Shown in pieces: positions 50,371 to 61,271 of a stretch of DNA of 64,000 nucleotides. The position numbers and the translations under genes are program-made. How positions within the stretch are numbered: the stretch's first letter is position 1; every line of letters begins with the position of its first letter. Source of the stretch: Candidatus Borrarchaeum weybense (GTDB lineage Archaea > Asgardarchaeota > Sifarchaeia > Borrarchaeales > Borrarchaeaceae). The notes beneath the pieces were generated by a model, which ran no database searches, was not told the DNA's origin, and worked only from the letters and a program-made list of their open reading frames with translations. The stretch is taken from NCBI GenBank assembly GCA_019057385.1, contig JAHQJS010000004.1, positions 384,001-448,000 of the forward strand, read 5' to 3'.

Positions 50371-50953
50371 TTTTCACATTTCCTCCTATTCGAATATATT
50401 TTTTCACATTTCCTCCTACTTGAATCTATTTTTTATCTGAGAGGTAGTGTGATTATATGTATCAGCAAACGTTATATATATACATAAGTATATTAAAATA
50501 TGCATCAGCATACATATCGAGAAAAAATCACTCACCGAATATCAAATTTGAACCATCTCCGAGACGGAAGTTAAGATATCTATTGATTCATGGATGGGTG
50601 AGTCTCCCCTGTATACCCTTAAAATTTGCGTAAAAGGCGCGCATTATTTTTGTTTATAATGATCGATCATGACATTTAACTGCCTGAAAACTTGAAATAC
50701 GCATAATAGAAAAGAGATGGGAAAAAATATATATACATATTAATACATAAAAATATGCATAAGCAGGCACATAGAAGAAAACTGCCCACTAAATAGCGAT
50801 TCAGAAAGAAGATCCACTTTTAATGTCAAAAACACAGGTTTGTATATATTAAAAATGGGAAATAACGTACTGACCCTATAATAAGAAAAGGGATAGCCAG
50901 GGGAAACCCCTTCTTATAGAACAAGATAGAGTAATACTAGATAGGTCTTATTA

Positions 50954-51304
50954 ATGGTATCAATAAAATCAGAACATGGATCACCCATAATTTTTTGTGG
51001 TATACATGAACCAGAAGTACCACCATACGTAGAAAAGGAAGTAGGATATCTCGCAAATAGATGTGGATACTACGATCTCAAAACAGATACAATTTACATT
51101 TTTTTGAACAGTCCATGTAACCACAAACCGAGAAACTTGGCAGATACAATAATTCATGAAACAATCGAAAGAGCGGTACACAGAGTTTTCTGGGACGATT
51201 ATATCAAAGCAACCTCTTTTTCACATCTTTTCATAAAGATTTCAAGAGAGTCAGATATAATGCTTACCATTGAGGAAAATAATGACATGAAACAGTCATC
51301 TTGA
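50954..51304 (+). CDS. Hypothetical protein, zincin-like but lacking the second His
   Basis: GYY...IYIF...TIIHETIE. Confidence 0.4.
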   Translation: MVSIKSEHGSPIIFCGIHEPEVPPYVEKEVGYLANRCGYYDLKTDTIYIFLNSPCNHKPRNLADTIIHETIERAVHRVFWDDYIKATSFSHLFIKISRESDIMLTIEENNDMKQSS

Positions 51305-51332
51305 AACTCTTTAAAACATATGAAAAAGATAA

Positions 51333-51878
51333 CTATTTTAATCTCAAATAACTTCGCGCAAGTTTGTAGTATTCCTCCGCATTCCATCTTATCAATTCCA
51401 ACTGCTCTTCATTCACTGTTTTGACAGGCTTTGCAGGAATACCGAAACAGATGCTGTTTGGCGGAATAATTGAGTTCTGTGTAACTACCGCACCTGCACC
51501 AATAATTGAATTAGAGCCGACTTTTGTATTATTCATAACTGTAGCGTTCATGCTTATGATAACGTTGTCTTCTATAGTGGCACCGTGTACAATTGCGCCA
51601 TGCGCGATTGAGACATACTCGCCAATCACTACCGGGATGCCTGTATCCCTTTCACGAGTCCATCCAGGATGGATTACCGCATTATCTTGGATATTAGAAA
51701 AGCGACCTATCTCTATGCGACCTACATCTCCCCTCACGACTGCACAATTCCACACAGAAGCGTTTTCTGCCAGTTCCACATCTCCAATGACATTAGCTGA
51801 TGGGGAAATAAAAACTGATTCGTGTATGCGCGGCTTTTTTTTCAGGTTACTTGCCACTATTTCTTCCAGATTTGACAT
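51333..51878 (-). CDS. Gamma carbonic anhydrase family protein
   Basis: VIGDV, VVRGD, NIQDNAVIH, AHGAIVHG hexapeptide repeats. Confidence 0.92.
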   Translation of the reverse strand: MSNLEEIVASNLKKKPRIHESVFISPSANVIGDVELAENASVWNCAVVRGDVGRIEIGRFSNIQDNAVIHPGWTRERDTGIPVVIGEYVSIAHGAIVHGATIEDNVIISMNATVMNNTKVGSNSIIGAGAVVTQNSIIPPNSICFGIPAKPVKTVNEEQLELIRWNAEEYYKLARSYLRLK

Positions 51879-52003
51879 CTTATTTGCACCAATTCTATAT
51901 GTTTACTGAATCGTTCAACGCAATTTCTATAACTAGTTTTAAAGTTTCTCTTATTTCCAAGTTATTTAAGATATTTTTTCAAATAAAACTGATAAGAATG
52001 TGT

Positions 52004-52483
52004 TCAAATTGATTTCAGTTCTAATATTTTTTCTGTAAAAGATTCGTGATCTGGGTTGATTACAGGGATTGTACCTAAAATTCCTCTGAAGTCACTGTCG
52101 TATGTAACGAATATATCCGCATTGGAATTAATGGCAATAACAGCGTGTAAAGCCTCTGCTGCATATAGATTTCTATTGAAGATCTGGTTTCTGGATGCCA
52201 TAATTGCTGTTTTTGTCACGGGCACTAGTGTTAATATCTTTTTTTGATTCATTTCACCAATATCGCTTAAGAAGAAATCGAGAGTAATGTTGGCGTCTTT
52301 TTCGCTAATTGTTCCTAAATTGGATTGCTTCTTAAGAGCACGAAACATTTCAAGAATCGTCCATTCACAAGTCACACCATAAAAGTTTTCAGTTAATTGA
52401 TTTAACAGCCAGTCAGCATGTTTTTGATTCTCAACAGGGCAATACGCATTGTAAAACACATTCGAATCTAAATAAATCGGCAT
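52004..52483 (-). CDS. PIN-domain (VapC-like) toxin
   Basis: IYLDSNV, ILEM, AEALHAVIA, TYDSDF. Confidence 0.85.
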   Translation of the reverse strand: MPIYLDSNVFYNAYCPVENQKHADWLLNQLTENFYGVTCEWTILEMFRALKKQSNLGTISEKDANITLDFFLSDIGEMNQKKILTLVPVTKTAIMASRNQIFNRNLYAAEALHAVIAINSNADIFVTYDSDFRGILGTIPVINPDHESFTEKILELKSI

Positions 52484-52719
52484 TATTCTTCCTCCCTAAC
52501 AGAGCGAATTGCTTCAATTCCAGGTTGAAAGGGTGACTTCTGTCGTTTTTTCAGATATTCTATTAGTTCTTCTCGCGTTTTAATCCCTATTTTTTCTTTA
52601 ATATATGAATAAATGCCACCTCTGACTGCTTCACTCCTAGAGGCTAAAATACCTTCTTTAATCATTTGATCTAACCATTCAATTAATTCTTCATCAATTG
52701 AAACAGAGATAGTTGTCAT
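52483..52719 (-). CDS. Ribbon-helix-helix antitoxin
   Basis: ISVSIDEEL...SRSEAVR; coupled to the PIN gene. Confidence 0.85.
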   Translation of the reverse strand: MTTISVSIDEELIEWLDQMIKEGILASRSEAVRGGIYSYIKEKIGIKTREELIEYLKKRQKSPFQPGIEAIRSVREEE

Positions 52720-52841
52720 AAAACCACCTAAGATACTTTCTTACAAGTTAATATCAAAACAATATTAGAAAAAATATATTATTTAAAAGTTATCAAAATT
52801 TACAAGATAATCGTTATGTAAATGTATACTCGGCGGGTCGA

Positions 52842-53132
52842 TCAGCGACATGACTCCCAGTCATGTGTTGATCCAAAAATCTGTAATATGTCCCAAAAGT
52901 CATCAAATGTCTCTGGATTCTGCTCAAGAATTGTATCAACATCTTCTAAACTAGCTACTGCCTCACCACATTGCGAACAGGTAATGTATGACAGGATAAT
53001 CTCATCATCAGATAAATCAGATACGGTTTTTTTAAAGGCATTTAAGTCAAATCCTAATTGATCTGCTATCTCTGGTGCACGTTCTAATTGTCTATCTCTT
53101 AAAATATCCGCTAATTCTTTTCTTGTTCTCAA
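52842..53132 (-). CDS. Hypothetical protein with CxxC
   Basis: 96-aa ORF containing TCSQCG. Confidence 0.5.
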   Translation of the reverse strand: MRTRKELADILRDRQLERAPEIADQLGFDLNAFKKTVSDLSDDEIILSYITCSQCGEAVASLEDVDTILEQNPETFDDFWDILQIFGSTHDWESCR

Positions 53133-53212
53133 TTTTTTGTCCCTCTATTCACTAGCCTTTCCTTAATGTTTTTTTATAAAAGCCCTGCTCTTTCTTTGAA
53201 AATAAATATTTT

Positions 53213-54529
53213 TTACTTCTTGCCGTTTTGGTATGCTTTAGGAAGTTCTGTGCCGAATGTTTCACGAGCTTTCTTTAAAGCAATCTCAGAAATAGTTTTC
53301 ATTGATTCCCCTGTTTCCTTAGCTATATCTTTTGTGTCCTCGAATTCAGGTTTTAGTGTGAGAATATTATCTTCTGAGTCCTTTCCAATCTTGATTCCTA
53401 CATGAAACTCCTTTCCATCAATCGTAATAGATATTTTCTCGATACTGCGACTAAGGATCAACCGTGGATGTTCGAGGACAGTACGGATTCCAAGCGTACC
53501 CGTCTCTTCGAATAGGATCGAAGCTAGCTTCAAACTATCTTGCGGTCTTGCGATTACTGTAATGAGGTAACCAGGACGATTCTTTTTTGTGACAGTGCTC
53601 AAATAACTGACATCTAAAGCCCCATGCTCTAGAAGTTTATCCATAGTGTACCCTAATACCTCTCCTGTGACATCGTCGACATTTGTTTCAAGTTTGATGA
53701 TTTCATCTTCATAAAACTTACGAGCCACAGAAAATTGACGTATGGCGGCATCTCCAATGATAATTCGCGTTACATTGGGGATGCCGTGAAACTCGTACTT
53801 CCCTGCGCCGTAACCCTCCACTTTAATGGTCATAGCAGGATACACACCAACGAACTCTGTAACAAGATTCGCTAGAATAGAGATTCCAGTCGGCGTCACC
53901 AACTCCTTCTCAACAGGCCCACCCTTAAAGGGGATATTATAGTCTTTCAAAATTCTTGTAGTCGCAGGTGGTGGCACGGGATACGTCCCGTGATCGATCT
54001 CAATTATGCCTCCGCCAATGGAGGGAGGAGTTCCATAAATTTTTGAATTAAAAACGCCTAAAGAATCAAGCGCAATTGCAATTCCCGCAACGTCAATAAT
54101 GGTGTCAGCCGATCCTGCTTCGTGAAGGTGGACGTGATCAAAGGGTTCATTATGAACCGTAGCCTCAGCCTGAATCAATGTTTTTAATGCATTAACGGCA
54201 AATTCAGAGGCCTTTTTAGATAGGTCAAATTCAGGGAGGATCCGATTTATTGCTTCCATGAGGATTGCCCCTTCTCTGTGGTGAATATGTTCGTGAATAT
54301 TAATTCCGATCCTGGTTGCTCGAATACCACTTCGATTTACTTCTTCAAAATCTATGTTAATTTCTTTACAATCAGGAAGAAATTCGGGAATGACCTCAGC
54401 TAATCGGCTAATTTTGAATTTCACTTTATTGCCCCCCGCGTCGACTAAAGCGCCAAGCAACATATCCCCAGAAATGCCAGCTATGCTGGAATCAATTAAA
54501 GTGATCTTTTGACTGAATGAGTTAATCAA
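53213..54529 (-). CDS. larC: Nickel insertion protein LarC
   Basis: AGISGDMLLGAL, VHLHEAG, TPTG, ETNVDD, KKNRPG, TLGIR, KPEFED. Confidence 0.93.
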   Translation of the reverse strand: MINSFSQKITLIDSSIAGISGDMLLGALVDAGGNKVKFKISRLAEVIPEFLPDCKEINIDFEEVNRSGIRATRIGINIHEHIHHREGAILMEAINRILPEFDLSKKASEFAVNALKTLIQAEATVHNEPFDHVHLHEAGSADTIIDVAGIAIALDSLGVFNSKIYGTPPSIGGGIIEIDHGTYPVPPPATTRILKDYNIPFKGGPVEKELVTPTGISILANLVTEFVGVYPAMTIKVEGYGAGKYEFHGIPNVTRIIIGDAAIRQFSVARKFYEDEIIKLETNVDDVTGEVLGYTMDKLLEHGALDVSYLSTVTKKNRPGYLITVIARPQDSLKLASILFEETGTLGIRTVLEHPRLILSRSIEKISITIDGKEFHVGIKIGKDSEDNILTLKPEFEDTKDIAKETGESMKTISEIALKKARETFGTELPKAYQNGKK

Positions 54530-54682
54530 ACAAGTACCTCCTGCTTCTACCTCTTTCGATTATCATAAAAACGAAAACTGTTTTTTTTAAATTTAATAGT
54601 CAATTTTTAAGATTTCTATTTAAGATCTATAGATCCTTAGTTTTATAAACACAGTAAGAAACTTAAGATTAGGTGTATTAGC

Positions 54683-55498
54683 GTGCAACTAAAAGAGATT
54701 TTAGAAAAGATAGCGTGTAAGGAACTTAGCATCGAGGAGGCAGAGAAGTTACTGCAACTGAAGGGAGATCTTATTTCAACAGCGATTGAAGAAGTTAATG
54801 ATATTGCAAAACTAGATCTGTATCGCCAGGCTAGAACAGGTATTCCTGAAGTAATCCTAGCGGAAGAAAAACGTCCTGAAGACGCAGCCCTCCTTGCCGT
54901 CAAAATGGCGAGTAAGAGTGGCTATACCATACTCTCACGGATTTCTGACAAGGTTATAGATGAGGTAAAAACAATTCTCCCGGATTCACTTGAACTTGAG
55001 ATTAATGAACGTGCCCGTATGCTAATCGTAAAGAAAAAAGGATACGAATACAAAAAAGTCCCTGGGAAAATAGGGATTTTTGCAGCAGGAACTTCAGACA
55101 TACCTGTTGCTGAGGAATCACGAATTATTGCAGAAGCAATGGGTGTTTCAACATATACAGCATATGATGTAGGAATTGCAGGCTTACATAGATTGTTGCC
55201 TCATCTAAAAACGATGCTAGACGAAGATGTAGATGCATTAGTTGTTGTGGCAGGGATGGAGGGTGCCTTGCCCTCAGTTGTAGCCGGACTTGTGGACATT
55301 CCTGTAGTTGGGGTGCCAAGCCCAGTAGGTTATGGTCTAGGAGGCAAGGGGTTAGCGGCACTTAACTCAATGCTACAATCTTGTGCGCCTGGTGTGATGG
55401 TAGTAAATATAGATAATGGAATCGGGGCAGGCACAGCGGCAGCATTAATTGCATTAAAAGTAGCGAAAGCGCGCGAGAAGTTCAATCAAGGGATCTAA
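54683..55498 (+). CDS. larB: NPN cofactor carboxylase/hydrolase LarB
   Basis: RTGIPEV, AGTSDIPVAEE, DVGIAGLHRL, VAGMEGALPSVV, NIDNG. Confidence 0.93.
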   Translation: MQLKEILEKIACKELSIEEAEKLLQLKGDLISTAIEEVNDIAKLDLYRQARTGIPEVILAEEKRPEDAALLAVKMASKSGYTILSRISDKVIDEVKTILPDSLELEINERARMLIVKKKGYEYKKVPGKIGIFAAGTSDIPVAEESRIIAEAMGVSTYTAYDVGIAGLHRLLPHLKTMLDEDVDALVVVAGMEGALPSVVAGLVDIPVVGVPSPVGYGLGGKGLAALNSMLQSCAPGVMVVNIDNGIGAGTAAALIALKVAKAREKFNQGI

Positions 55499-55540
55499 AA
55501 CTATTTTTAAAGACAAATAATTACTATAGAACTCCTTAGG

Positions 55541-56524
55541 CTATTCAATAAAATCAGTTAGATTTATTTCAACCGCTGAAATAACAGTGGTTACCTTTAC
55601 AGTATTCGTTAGGTTTTCGTCTATAATAAGTCCCCAGATGACTTGAACATTTTCATCAAGTTCATTTACGACATATTGAGCGATTTCTTGCGCTTCCTTA
55701 AGTGTAAGATCGTGACTACCTGTAATATTGACAATAGCACCTTTAGCATGAGAGAGGTCAACATCGATAAAAGGAAATTCCATAGCAGTTTGTACGGCTT
55801 CTGTTACGCGTTTTTCTCGGTTTTCTTCCTCTGATACACCTCTCCAGATTATTGAAATACCTGTCGGTTTTTTACTTAATGAAAATAGTGTTCTTAAATC
55901 AGCTAAGTCTACATTGATTCGTCCTGGCGTTGCAACCAATTCAACGATGGCTAAAACACCATTAATAGCTAAATCATCTGCTAGTCGAAATGCATCCTCT
56001 AAAGATGAGTTTGGAGCGATTTTCAAGAGTTTCTCATTCGGGATTACGATAATTGCGTCAGTAACCGTCATTATCTCCTCTAAAGCAGTTAAAGCGAAAT
56101 CCATACGCCTTTTTCCTTCCACATCGAACGGAAGAGTTGAAATACAGATGGTCAAAATACCCTTATTTTTAGCAATTTGTGAAATTATTGGAGCAGCACC
56201 TGTGCCTGTTCCTCCTCCTAATCCGACAATTAAAAAAACGATATCTGCTTGAATATGATTTCTAATTTCAGAGATACTTTCTTTTGCAGCCGCTTTTCCT
56301 CTTTTTGGATCCTTTCCAGCACCTAATCCTTTGCAAACTTGCTTACCAATTGCAAGCTTTGTATCACAAGTTGTATTGTGGAGATTTTGGACATTGGTAT
56401 CTATTCCCAGTGTTCTCAGTGCTGGAACATTATCAAAGAGACCGTTTTCACTTAACCGCGTTATTATATGATTTCCAGCACCACCCACTCCAACAATTAA
56501 GATACTAGGTATAAGTTCTGTCAT
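55541..56524 (-). CDS. ftsZ: Cell division protein FtsZ
   Basis: GVGGAG, GLGAG, GGGTGTGAAP, PFDVEG, INVDLAD. Confidence 0.93.
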   Translation of the reverse strand: MTELIPSILIVGVGGAGNHIITRLSENGLFDNVPALRTLGIDTNVQNLHNTTCDTKLAIGKQVCKGLGAGKDPKRGKAAAKESISEIRNHIQADIVFLIVGLGGGTGTGAAPIISQIAKNKGILTICISTLPFDVEGKRRMDFALTALEEIMTVTDAIIVIPNEKLLKIAPNSSLEDAFRLADDLAINGVLAIVELVATPGRINVDLADLRTLFSLSKKPTGISIIWRGVSEEENREKRVTEAVQTAMEFPFIDVDLSHAKGAIVNITGSHDLTLKEAQEIAQYVVNELDENVQVIWGLIIDENLTNTVKVTTVISAVEINLTDFIE

Positions 56525-56736
56525 ATCCTTCTATCCTTAGCAGAATCTAGATTTTTTGTTAAAAACAGTAATGTGGTATCAATAATATTAAAAACAGTAA
56601 TGTCATATCAACAAAAGTAACATTGCCGTATTAAGATAGAAACTATCTATACGCATCAAGCATGATAACAGTTGCTTTCGCAACCTTTTTAATCAAATGT
56701 AATTACACAAATACAATTATTTTAAGGACTTGTTCA

Positions 56737-57100
56737 GTGACATCCTCCCCATCCCTTCGGATAGGGCTTCCAGCTTTCCACTGTAGTTCTCGCTCCCTCA
56801 CGGGAGGCGACGCTTCGCCACTGTCACTACATCTATGGGCTTACGGAAACTTACCAGGTTGCACACGCTGCTCACCCTTATCCTGCCCCTTCCTTATCTG
56901 CCTGAAGAGTGCTATTAATCTTTTACCTGTCTGTCCGACAGGTTAGCACACTGCACACACTAAGGGGACTCTCTTGCCACGCTGGATAAGACCTCATGCA
57001 CGGGCATCCTCACGTTTAGCCCTGTCACAAACTGACTGGTTGCTTACAGGAGGATATGCCTCCACCCAGTCGGGCATTACGGGTACACTCACGGTACCAT
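56737..57100 (-). ncRNA. GC-rich structured RNA-like element ending in an IS200/IS605-type right end
   Basis: Multiple hairpins. Minus strand ends gaagccctatccgaagggatggggaggatgTCAC; TATA-like TTTTTATA at 57128-57121. No credible ORF. Confidence 0.5.
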
Positions 57101-57156
57101 ATATAGAGGTTCCGAGTAACTATAAAAAGCCATCGTATTTCGTCATCGTATAAAGT

Positions 57157-57196
57157 TAAAATAAAATAAATAAAATAAAATAAAATAAAATAAATA
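57157..57196. repeat. (TAAAA)n microsatellite upstream of secE
   Basis: About 8 imperfect TAAAA units. Confidence 0.85.
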
Positions 57197-57255
57197 GTAT
57201 ACAAAGATCCATGCTTATCGATTGGTGAAAGACTTAAACATGAGAGAGGATTTTA

Positions 57256-57444
57256 ATGGTAGAATTCAAGAAAGTGAGATCAGATTTCATAAGAATGGCA
57301 CGCCTCGCAAAAAAGCCTTCAAGAAAAGAATTTTGGCTTAGCATCAGAATTAGCTTACTTGGCATGGTTGCTATAGGTCTTATAGCGTTTATAATTAAAC
57401 TTATCTTCACTTTGGTAGTTGGTTTTACACCTCCGACAGCCTAA
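57256..57444 (+). CDS. secE: Protein translocase SecE/Sec61-gamma
   Basis: RLAKKPSRKEF followed by a TM helix; upstream of spt5. Confidence 0.9.
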   Translation: MVEFKKVRSDFIRMARLAKKPSRKEFWLSIRISLLGMVAIGLIAFIIKLIFTLVVGFTPPTA

Positions 57445-57457
57445 GGAGGCATTTTTT

Positions 57458-57967
57458 ATGGAGACTCAAGAAAAACCTGAGGTAGCGAAAAAACGTACGG
57501 GTACGTCAATTTTCACGATTCGCACCACCATCGGTCAAGAAAAATCAGTAGCAGAGCTAATTGCTAATCGAGTTAAAATACACGATCTCGTTATAAAATC
57601 TATCTTGGTGCCTGAAACTCTACGAGGATACATCTTCATAGAAACGGCAAAAAGGGATGCCATTGATGAAGCTATTTCAGGAATTTCACACGTTAGAGGA
57701 TCAGTAGGAAAAACCCATATTACTGAACTCTCGCATTTTCTAATTCCAAAGCCTCCAACCGAAGGGCTTGAAGCCGGTGATATTGTAGAAATAACTGGAG
57801 GGCCATTTAAAGGAACTAGAGCAAAAGTAACGAGAGTAGACACAACAAAGGAAGAAGTTACAGTTGAGTTACTTGACTCACCTGCCCCAATACCCATCCG
57901 AGTTCATGGAGATTATGTACGAAAAGTTGGTGATCGGATAGAAGCAGATGAGTTTTCAATTCGTTGA
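57458..57967 (+). CDS. spt5: Transcription elongation factor Spt5
   Basis: RTTIGQE, LRGYIFIE, KOW GDIVEITGGPFKG; ATG at 57458 after AGGAGG. Confidence 0.95.
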   Translation: METQEKPEVAKKRTGTSIFTIRTTIGQEKSVAELIANRVKIHDLVIKSILVPETLRGYIFIETAKRDAIDEAISGISHVRGSVGKTHITELSHFLIPKPPTEGLEAGDIVEITGGPFKGTRAKVTRVDTTKEEVTVELLDSPAPIPIRVHGDYVRKVGDRIEADEFSIR

Positions 57968-57988
57968 TAATAAGTCGACACAAAAATA

Positions 57989-58474
57989 TTATTCTTGAAA
58001 AATAAGCCCCAGATCAAATATTGGTTTTATTTCAATAACTTTTTCAGGGCACGTTTCTTCACAATCCCCACAGGTAATGCATCTTTCAATTGCAACACAT
58101 AATCTTCCAAACCCTCTCAGCGGCGCTGGGAGTGATATTGCTTCTAAAGGTTTTTTAACTGCTAATTGTTTGATAAAATTTATTAGAAGGCGTCTATTTT
58201 CTGATTTTATTTCCCCGCTGTCTTCAAAAAGGCTGGGCAAGTCAAATTTATTTTCAATCAGCGGGGCATCAAGTTGACAGACCTCTTCACATTTATGGCA
58301 TCCTATGCAAATGCTCTGTAGCGCGGTTACCTTTCCAAATCCACGGAGACCTTCTGGAACAGCTATCACTTTTTCAGGCTTTTTTATTGCGATTTTTCTT
58401 ATTAAATCGACTAATTTTTCTCTTTTAGATTGAGTTTCCTCGGTCTCTGATTCATTGGTTTTATCAGACATCAA
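57989..58474 (-). CDS. 4Fe-4S dicluster protein with internal repeat
   Basis: CIGCHKCEEVC and CITCGDCEETCP; duplicated LRGFG unit. Confidence 0.8.
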   Translation of the reverse strand: MMSDKTNESETEETQSKREKLVDLIRKIAIKKPEKVIAVPEGLRGFGKVTALQSICIGCHKCEEVCQLDAPLIENKFDLPSLFEDSGEIKSENRRLLINFIKQLAVKKPLEAISLPAPLRGFGRLCVAIERCITCGDCEETCPEKVIEIKPIFDLGLIFQE

Positions 58475-58653
58475 ACTTCCCGCTTACTGTTAATTGATCA
58501 AATTTCGAACAGTCATAGTGCTTATGTTCTGATGTGCAAATCACAGAATAAAGTTATATTTGTAAAGATACCGATTTCAACAACTATTATATATATATTT
58601 ATACAGAAACAGGTAAGATGTATTTCAATGTCCGCCGCTTGGAGGACACATAA

Positions 58654-59682
<1,029 letters not shown>

Positions 59683-59894
59683 ATAAAAAAGTGTAAAACA
59701 TGATCTACTATTTTCTTTTTTTTTATATTGACAGTAAATGCCTTTTATTTCTATAGCGAACCAGCGAGACTAAGATAAGAGCTTCAAATTATCAGCAAAG
59801 ATAGTTTTATAAGATATCAATCGCCAATGATACACTCTGTCAAGATTTCAAAAATATCTACAAAGATTAAGCGCAAAATACATTTCAATGATAA

Positions 59895-61271
59895 TTGCTG
59901 TTCAAAATGCAAGAATGGGGAAGTATATTGAACGCATCTATTTCGTCTAGTCTACCAGTACTTGTACTTGGTGGAGGTATTGCCGGGATTCATGTAGCGC
60001 AAGAATTGGCTGATTTTGGAATTCAAGTTTGTCTAATAGAGAAAGAGCCGACGCTTGGAGGTAAAGCGTTACAACTCTTCAGATTCTTTCCAACAGATGA
60101 TTGCGCCCTTTGTGTCTCGTCTTCGGATAGACTTTTTTCTCGTGGTGGATTTAGGAAATGTTTTTACAGATGTGGTATCATAGAGCATCCAAATATAGAA
60201 CTGCTTACTCAAACACAACTTGTGGCTGTAGAGAAACTGAATTCAGAATTTAAGGTTTCACTAGAACGACATCCGAGATTCGTAGACGAGAAAAAATGCA
60301 TTATGTGTGATAAATGCGCCGATATATGTCCAGTAGTGGTCCCTAATCCTCGAAATCTTAATTTAGATACTCAAAAAGCGATTTATCTGCCTGCATCTCA
60401 AGCTATTCCCTACAGTTACGTAATAGATCCAAACACATGCTTATTCGAAGAATGTGCTAAATGTGTGGAAATTTGCCCTACAAACGCAATAGACATCAAA
60501 GAAGAAAGGGAAACCATCGAAAAAAATTTCGGATCGATAGTTATAGCGACGGGATTTGAAGAGTTTGATCCCAGTCCCCTAAAAGAGTACGGATATGGTA
60601 TATTTGATGAAGTAATCACACAAGTACAACTTGCTCGATTAGTAGATCCACAAGGTCCGACTAAGGGGAAACTTCTAAAGAAAGATGGTGCTCCAATAAA
60701 GAATGTAACTATGTTGCAATGTGTCGGGTCAAGAGACAAAAGATTTAATAGTTACTGTTCAAGTATATGTTGTACATATGCTCTTAAACATTCACTCCTA
60801 ATTAGAGAGCAAGAAATTGATGTAAATATTGCTTATATGGACATTAGGACGCCTTTTATTTATGAGGACTATTTTTTACGAGCTAGAGATGATGGAGTGA
60901 AATTTATTAAAGGACGTGTCAGTCACATCGAGAAGGATCCTGTGACACAGAAAGTGCATGTGTATGTTTCAGATATCCAAACTGAGGAGATCATGGATCT
61001 AGAAACTGATCTAGTCGTTCTTAGTGCCGCTCTTGTTTCGTCTAAAGGTATAAAAAAACTAGCTGAGATACTAGATCTTGAATTAGATAATTATGGATTT
61101 TTTCCGACAACTGGAGCTAAAGAAAGCATTTATACAAATATAGAGAATGTTTATGTCTGTGGAGCTGCCCAAGAGCCAAAAGATATCCCTTCAACCATTG
61201 AACAAGCTAATGCTGTTAGCATGGCGATCTTAAGACGAAATGCTCCTCTCCAGAAAGGTGAAGTGAAGTGA
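59895..61271 (+). CDS. hdrA: HdrA-like flavoprotein
   Basis: GGGIAG, FPTDDCALC, inserted ferredoxin, QCVGSRD..YCSSICC, PKDIP. Confidence 0.88.
   Translation: MLFKMQEWGSILNASISSSLPVLVLGGGIAGIHVAQELADFGIQVCLIEKEPTLGGKALQLFRFFPTDDCALCVSSSDRLFSRGGFRKCFYRCGIIEHPNIELLTQTQLVAVEKLNSEFKVSLERHPRFVDEKKCIMCDKCADICPVVVPNPRNLNLDTQKAIYLPASQAIPYSYVIDPNTCLFEECAKCVEICPTNAIDIKEERETIEKNFGSIVIATGFEEFDPSPLKEYGYGIFDEVITQVQLARLVDPQGPTKGKLLKKDGAPIKNVTMLQCVGSRDKRFNSYCSSICCTYALKHSLLIREQEIDVNIAYMDIRTPFIYEDYFLRARDDGVKFIKGRVSHIEKDPVTQKVHVYVSDIQTEEIMDLETDLVVLSAALVSSKGIKKLAEILDLELDNYGFFPTTGAKESIYTNIENVYVCGAAQEPKDIPSTIEQANAVSMAILRRNAPLQKGEVK

Noticed and set aside
56737-57100. RNase P RNA or SRP RNA
   Set aside because: No GAGGAAAGUCC P4 motif or SRP helix 8 motif was found on either strand.
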